DNA of 64,000 bases from Candidatus Hydrogenedentota bacterium (GTDB taxonomy: Bacteria > Hydrogenedentota > Hydrogenedentia > Hydrogenedentales > SLHB01): assembly GCA_029974275.1 (NCBI GenBank), contig JARKSN010000030.1, positions 14,157 through 78,156 on the forward strand, given 5' to 3'. This document shows positions 60,042-64,000 of this stretch, one piece after another (the first letter of the stretch is position 1; the number at the start of each line of letters is the position of its first letter). Position numbers and translations under genes: made by a program. The notes beneath the pieces were generated by a model. That model saw only the letters and a program-made list of their open reading frames with translations, was not told the origin of the DNA and made no database searches.

Positions 60042-60108
60042 ACGTGATTTAGATGCCGACATTTGCGGCGCGTCGCCTAACCGCCGCGTAGCGAAACTTA
60101 CCCTGTGT

Positions 60109-61215
60109 TTAGGCGTCCAGCGTGCCTTCGCGCAGGCCCATGGGCAGCGGCGCGGGGCGTTCGCAGGTGCTGGCGACCTTCATATGCTTGCCTTGGTCGG
60201 AAGACTCGAGCACGGAGTGCATGATGTCGAGGACGTGGTAGGCCAGTTCGCCGTTCGCGCGGTGTTGGCGCCCCGAACGCAGGCCATACGCCATGTCGGC
60301 CACGCCAATGCCGCGGCTGTTTTCGGCGTACCCAAAGGCGTGCGGCATGAGGCTCCAATCTTGCGCGCGGCCACGTCGCACCTTAATCACGCCGCCGAAA
60401 CCGTTCGGGTCGGGCACGACGATCGTGCCCTGGGTGCCGTAGATTTCGATGCACGGAAGTTGGTGCGCCCAGATGTCGAAGCTCATGATCATCGTGGCGA
60501 TGGCTCCGTTGGCGAAATCGAGCGAGGTGCTGATGTGCGTCGGCGTATTCACGGTGATTTTAGTGCCGAACTTCGCTTCGCTCGTGATCAAGCGCTCGGG
60601 ATAAGTCTTACGGGTGGCGCCGCTGACCCGCGCCACAGGGCCGAGCAAGTTCACGAGTGCCGTCAGGTAGTACGGCCCCATATCGAACAGCGGGCCGCCG
60701 CCAACCTGATAGTAGAAATCGGGATCCGGGTGCCAGCTCTCGTGGCCGGGGCACATCATGAAGCACGTCGCGCCGACGGGTTCGCCGATCCAGCCTTCGT
60801 CGATCAGTTTGCGGCAGGTCTGGATGCCCGCGCCCATAAACGTGTCCGGGGCGCAACCCACGCGCACGCCTTTCTTTTTGGCCATATCGAGCATCTTCTG
60901 GCCGTCTTCCCGCGTCACGGCGAGCGGCTTCTCGTTATGAACCGACTTGCCCGCGTCGATGACCTTGAACGCGACTTCCGCGTGGGCCTTCGGGATCGTC
61001 AGGTTCATGACGATTTCGATCTCGGGATCGGCCAGGAGTTCGTCGACGGTGCATGCCTTTGGAATGCCGTGCTCTTCCGCCTTGGCCTGGGCGCGCTCGA
61101 TCAGAAGGTCCGCGCACGCCACGATATCGATCATCTCAAATGTTTTCCCGGCCTTGAAGTAGATGTTGGAAATGTTGCCGCATCCAATCAGGCCAACCTT
61201 CACCGGCGTAGACAT
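60109..61215 (-). CDS. Gfo/Idh/MocA family oxidoreductase
   Basis: [42 protein letters not shown]. Confidence 0.92.
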   Translation of the reverse strand: MSTPVKVGLIGCGNISNIYFKAGKTFEMIDIVACADLLIERAQAKAEEHGIPKACTVDELLADPEIEIVMNLTIPKAHAEVAFKVIDAGKSVHNEKPLAVTREDGQKMLDMAKKKGVRVGCAPDTFMGAGIQTCRKLIDEGWIGEPVGATCFMMCPGHESWHPDPDFYYQVGGGPLFDMGPYYLTALVNLLGPVARVSGATRKTYPERLITSEAKFGTKITVNTPTHISTSLDFANGAIATMIMSFDIWAHQLPCIEIYGTQGTIVVPDPNGFGGVIKVRRGRAQDWSLMPHAFGYAENSRGIGVADMAYGLRSGRQHRANGELAYHVLDIMHSVLESSDQGKHMKVASTCERPAPLPMGLREGTLDA

Positions 61216-61248
61216 TGTTCGTTTCCTTTCTGATGGCGGTGCGCCGGT

Positions 61249-61893
61249 TTACCGGGCCGCCCACAACAAACCGCGCTTCATGATTTCGAGACATTCGGGC
61301 ACTTGGAAATCCGCCGCGACGTGGCCGAGGGACGAATAGAATACGCGTCCTTCGCCCCACATGCGCTTCCACACGACCGGCATGACCGTGCCCTTGGTCC
61401 ACGGAGCATGCTCGCCGCTGAAGGTCGTCGTGGCTAGAACGTCGTTGCCGGGATCGGTGTGCATGTAGTATTGCTCGGAGTGCATTTTGAAATCGCTCAA
61501 GCCCGCGACGATCGGGTCGGAGGGTTTGGTGATGTTGACCGTGTACTCGACCTTGCCGCCGGGGTGGGCCACCCACTGGCCGCCGGTCATCCACTGGTAC
61601 TCGGTGTTGTTGCGGAATGAATCGCACATGCCGCCGTGCCAACCGGCTATGCCCACGCCGCTCTTGATGGCCTCCAGCAAACCTTTTTCCTGTTCGCCTG
61701 TAATGGCGCCCATGGTCCAGCAAGGCACGACAAGACTCAGGGCGTTCATCTTGTCCTGGTCCTCGTACGGGGCCATCGTATCGGACACTTCCACCTCAAA
61801 GCCCTGCTCCTGCAGAAACGGCGCGAAAACATCGATGCACTGCTTCGGCTCGTGGCCGTCCCATCCTCCCCAAACCAATAATGCGGACTTCAT
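61249..61893 (-). CDS. ThuA-like domain protein
   Basis: [37 protein letters not shown]. Confidence 0.88.
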   Translation of the reverse strand: MKSALLVWGGWDGHEPKQCIDVFAPFLQEQGFEVEVSDTMAPYEDQDKMNALSLVVPCWTMGAITGEQEKGLLEAIKSGVGIAGWHGGMCDSFRNNTEYQWMTGGQWVAHPGGKVEYTVNITKPSDPIVAGLSDFKMHSEQYYMHTDPGNDVLATTTFSGEHAPWTKGTVMPVVWKRMWGEGRVFYSSLGHVAADFQVPECLEIMKRGLLWAAR

Positions 61894-62076
61894 GCCTGGT
61901 CTCCTTCACTTCTCAATGCTAAACCATGCCCCTTGAAACAAAGACGCGCCACAGACACGCTCTGCGGCGCCCGTATGCCCATAGATGCGCTTATCACGAC
62001 AAACCCCAACATCCCTTTACCGCGCCATGTTCCAGTCTGACGGAGAACGCAAGAAGGCAGCCTGGAAACGCATGCG

Positions 62077-62688
62077 TCACTTCACGCCGTGGTACACGAT
62101 TGCCGGCGGGAAATTTCGCCACACAATAGGGGTAGTGCTTACCGAAGAAAACCTTCGCGCTATCTCGTGCTTGAAGCGATGCGCAGACGGCAGACACTGG
62201 CTTTGAAGATACATATACGTTGCAAAATGTCCGCCCGGACGCAAACACGTCGAGACGGCGTCCAGCAGGGCGTCCTGAAGCGGTCCCTTAAAGGCCGCCC
62301 ACGGAAGCCCCGATACGATGCAATCGCAGGATTCTTCGTCAAGGGATTGAAGATGCCGTTGCGTATTGGTGGCGCTGTCATGCACCACCTGGACGTGTGG
62401 AAAACGGACCTTCAGCATCTGAGCGAAGTTCGGATTGATTTCGATGGCGAAAAACTTCGCTCCTGGCGTGAGGTGTTCCAGAATGACCTGGGTGATAGCC
62501 CCGGTTCCGGGGCCAAATTCAACGACGACGGAAGCGTGCGCAACCTCGGCTGCGTTGACTACCGCCAAAGCCAAATCTCGACCGCTTGGAGCAAAGGCCC
62601 CCACGTCGGCGGGACGCGCCAAAAACTCCTGCAAAAAACGCAGCGCACTCACTTTGATCCTATCTTCTCGTATGGTATGCGGTTTCAT
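62077..62688 (-). CDS. class I SAM-dependent methyltransferase (phospholipid N-methyltransferase PmtA-like)
   Basis: VGAFAPSG, VVEFGPGTG, CIVSGLPW, WRNFPPA. Confidence 0.8.
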   Translation of the reverse strand: MKPHTIREDRIKVSALRFLQEFLARPADVGAFAPSGRDLALAVVNAAEVAHASVVVEFGPGTGAITQVILEHLTPGAKFFAIEINPNFAQMLKVRFPHVQVVHDSATNTQRHLQSLDEESCDCIVSGLPWAAFKGPLQDALLDAVSTCLRPGGHFATYMYLQSQCLPSAHRFKHEIARRFSSVSTTPIVWRNFPPAIVYHGVK

Positions 62689-62983
62689 TCGGGCACATCA
62701 TAACGGAGATGAAGCGCTGCATCAACTTGCCATTCGCTATTTTTTTCAGGCAGACGACGCGCCCAATCGTCTGGCCGCCCGTGCAGAACGCCATTGACAA
62801 ACAGGTAGTGTTTCCGCTACAACTATGTAAGGCGTTTGCCTATGTTTTCGAGAACCGAGGGACAAAGGCAGGCGTCGAAGCTCGTTGAGAATACGTGACG
62901 TAACCTCGGTTCCGCCGATTTCTGGTGCGAAAAACGGCGATCTTTCCTGGACGCAATCTCTATTTTGACAAGGGGAACACACG

Positions 62984-64000
62984 ATGATGTACGGGTTCAG
63001 TAGGTTGAATATGGGCCGCATGTTGATGGTAGCAATCATGCTGGGTGCGTGTTCCTGGGCTTGGGCCGCGCCACGCATTCTTCTGCTGGGCGACAGTTGG
63101 GCAGGCGCGATGTGGACGAGAAACACGTTTGCGCGTCTTTTTGCCGATCCCGCGTTTTCTGCGTCCATCCCCGCAGGATCAACCGCGAAGGGCGATGTCA
63201 CAACGGTGAATGGCGGCACGGCGTATGACTGGCAGGACCCGGCCCGTTTAGCGTTATTAGGTCAGGAGTTGGCGAGCAATCCGACGATTGACATTGTGCA
63301 TGTCAGTCTTGGCGGAAATGATTTTCTATCTACCTACAAGACAAGCGACACCCCCGAGCAGCGATCGGCGAAATTCGACAGCATTATCGCAAATTTGCGA
63401 ACCGTCATAGAATATGCGGTGGCGCAGCGTCCGAACATTCGGGTGGCGGTGTGTGATTACGACTACCTGAATTTTGTGGAATCGGTAGCCAAGCCGTACG
63501 ACCCAATCATAACGCAAATGTACAATGAACTCGGCCAACCGACGCCAGTGCAAATCAATGAAGCCCTGGTGGAACTGGGGCAGCGCAAACTCGCCCTGTG
63601 CAACAGCATCCCGCGCTGCTATTACATCCACAATTTCGGGCTGATGCATTATGTCTACGGCTACCCTGGTTTTTTTGCAGCGGGCACGAAACCGTACCCG
63701 GGGCAGCCCCCGGCGTACACGCCATTCCCCGGGGGAGATGTCAATTTCCCGAATCCGCCGGTGGCGATGAACGTGGTCACGAAAAGCGGGACGAATTATG
63801 TCGACCCAATTCACTTAAGTGAAACGGGATACTTTTATCTCGGTTGGAACTGCATGACATCCTTTTACGTGAGTTGGCTCAACAATCCTCTGCCGCTGGA
63901 CACGACGCCGCCGGTGATCACGCTGTTGGGCAGCAACCCCGCGACGGTCCTTCAAGGCGCGACGTACGTGGACGCGGGCGCGACGGCGACGGATAACGTG
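62984..64000 (+). CDS. secreted SGNH/GDSL hydrolase with DUF5011-like Ig domain, 3'-truncated (absent from ORF track)
   Basis: Read by hand, open to the window end: MMYGF..AWA|APRILLLGDSW, SLGGND, DPIHLS, then DTTPPVITLLGSNP..YVDAGATATDNV. Confidence 0.85.
   Translation, partial: MMYGFSRLNMGRMLMVAIMLGACSWAWAAPRILLLGDSWAGAMWTRNTFARLFADPAFSASIPAGSTAKGDVTTVNGGTAYDWQDPARLALLGQELASNPTIDIVHVSLGGNDFLSTYKTSDTPEQRSAKFDSIIANLRTVIEYAVAQRPNIRVAVCDYDYLNFVESVAKPYDPIITQMYNELGQPTPVQINEALVELGQRKLALCNSIPRCYYIHNFGLMHYVYGYPGFFAAGTKPYPGQPPAYTPFPGGDVNFPNPPVAMNVVTKSGTNYVDPIHLSETGYFYLGWNCMTSFYVSWLNNPLPLDTTPPVITLLGSNPATVLQGATYVDAGATATDNV

Noticed and set aside
62746..63814. Minus-strand ORFs 62746-63219 and 63326-63814
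   Set aside because: Antisense to the SGNH hydrolase frame, which has clear catalytic motifs

Overview
GC-rich bacterial chromosomal window of about 44 genes. I found no rRNA, tRNA, CRISPR array or transposase. The C-terminal 'DALDVQLVINAAL' dockerin pair and a DUF5011-type surface protein suggest Candidatus Hydrogenedentota, but this is inference only. From left to right the window holds: two divergent URO-D/MtaA-like genes and a GH5-like hydrolase; GT4, WecA and an O-antigen-ligase/TPR gene; aroQ-pepP-efp-accB-accC-asp23-amaP; araB; an M42 peptidase and a YidR-like protein; hrcA-grpE-dnaK-dnaJ with a perfect CIRCE and a sigma70 promoter; two GT4s; a dockerin-bearing M6 metalloprotease preceded by a small coupled ORF; a sugar-phosphate epimerase, a BNR/sialidase and a metallophosphoesterase; a minimal murC-ftsQ-ftsZ operon without ftsA; a ~20 kb type-IV-filament locus; Gfo/Idh/MocA and ThuA; a methyltransferase; and an SGNH hydrolase, missed by the ORF track, that runs off the right edge. 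The best candidate for a new system is the filament locus. It has two divergent PilB/GspE ATPases flanking a PilT, then PilC, and a T2SS-style G-H-I-J-K pseudopilin set whose K subunit is 2232 aa with nested insertions. That K gene is bracketed by copies of a dispersed non-coding repeat and followed by a secreted beta-helix protein. All assignments come from reading motifs by eye; no database search was run.
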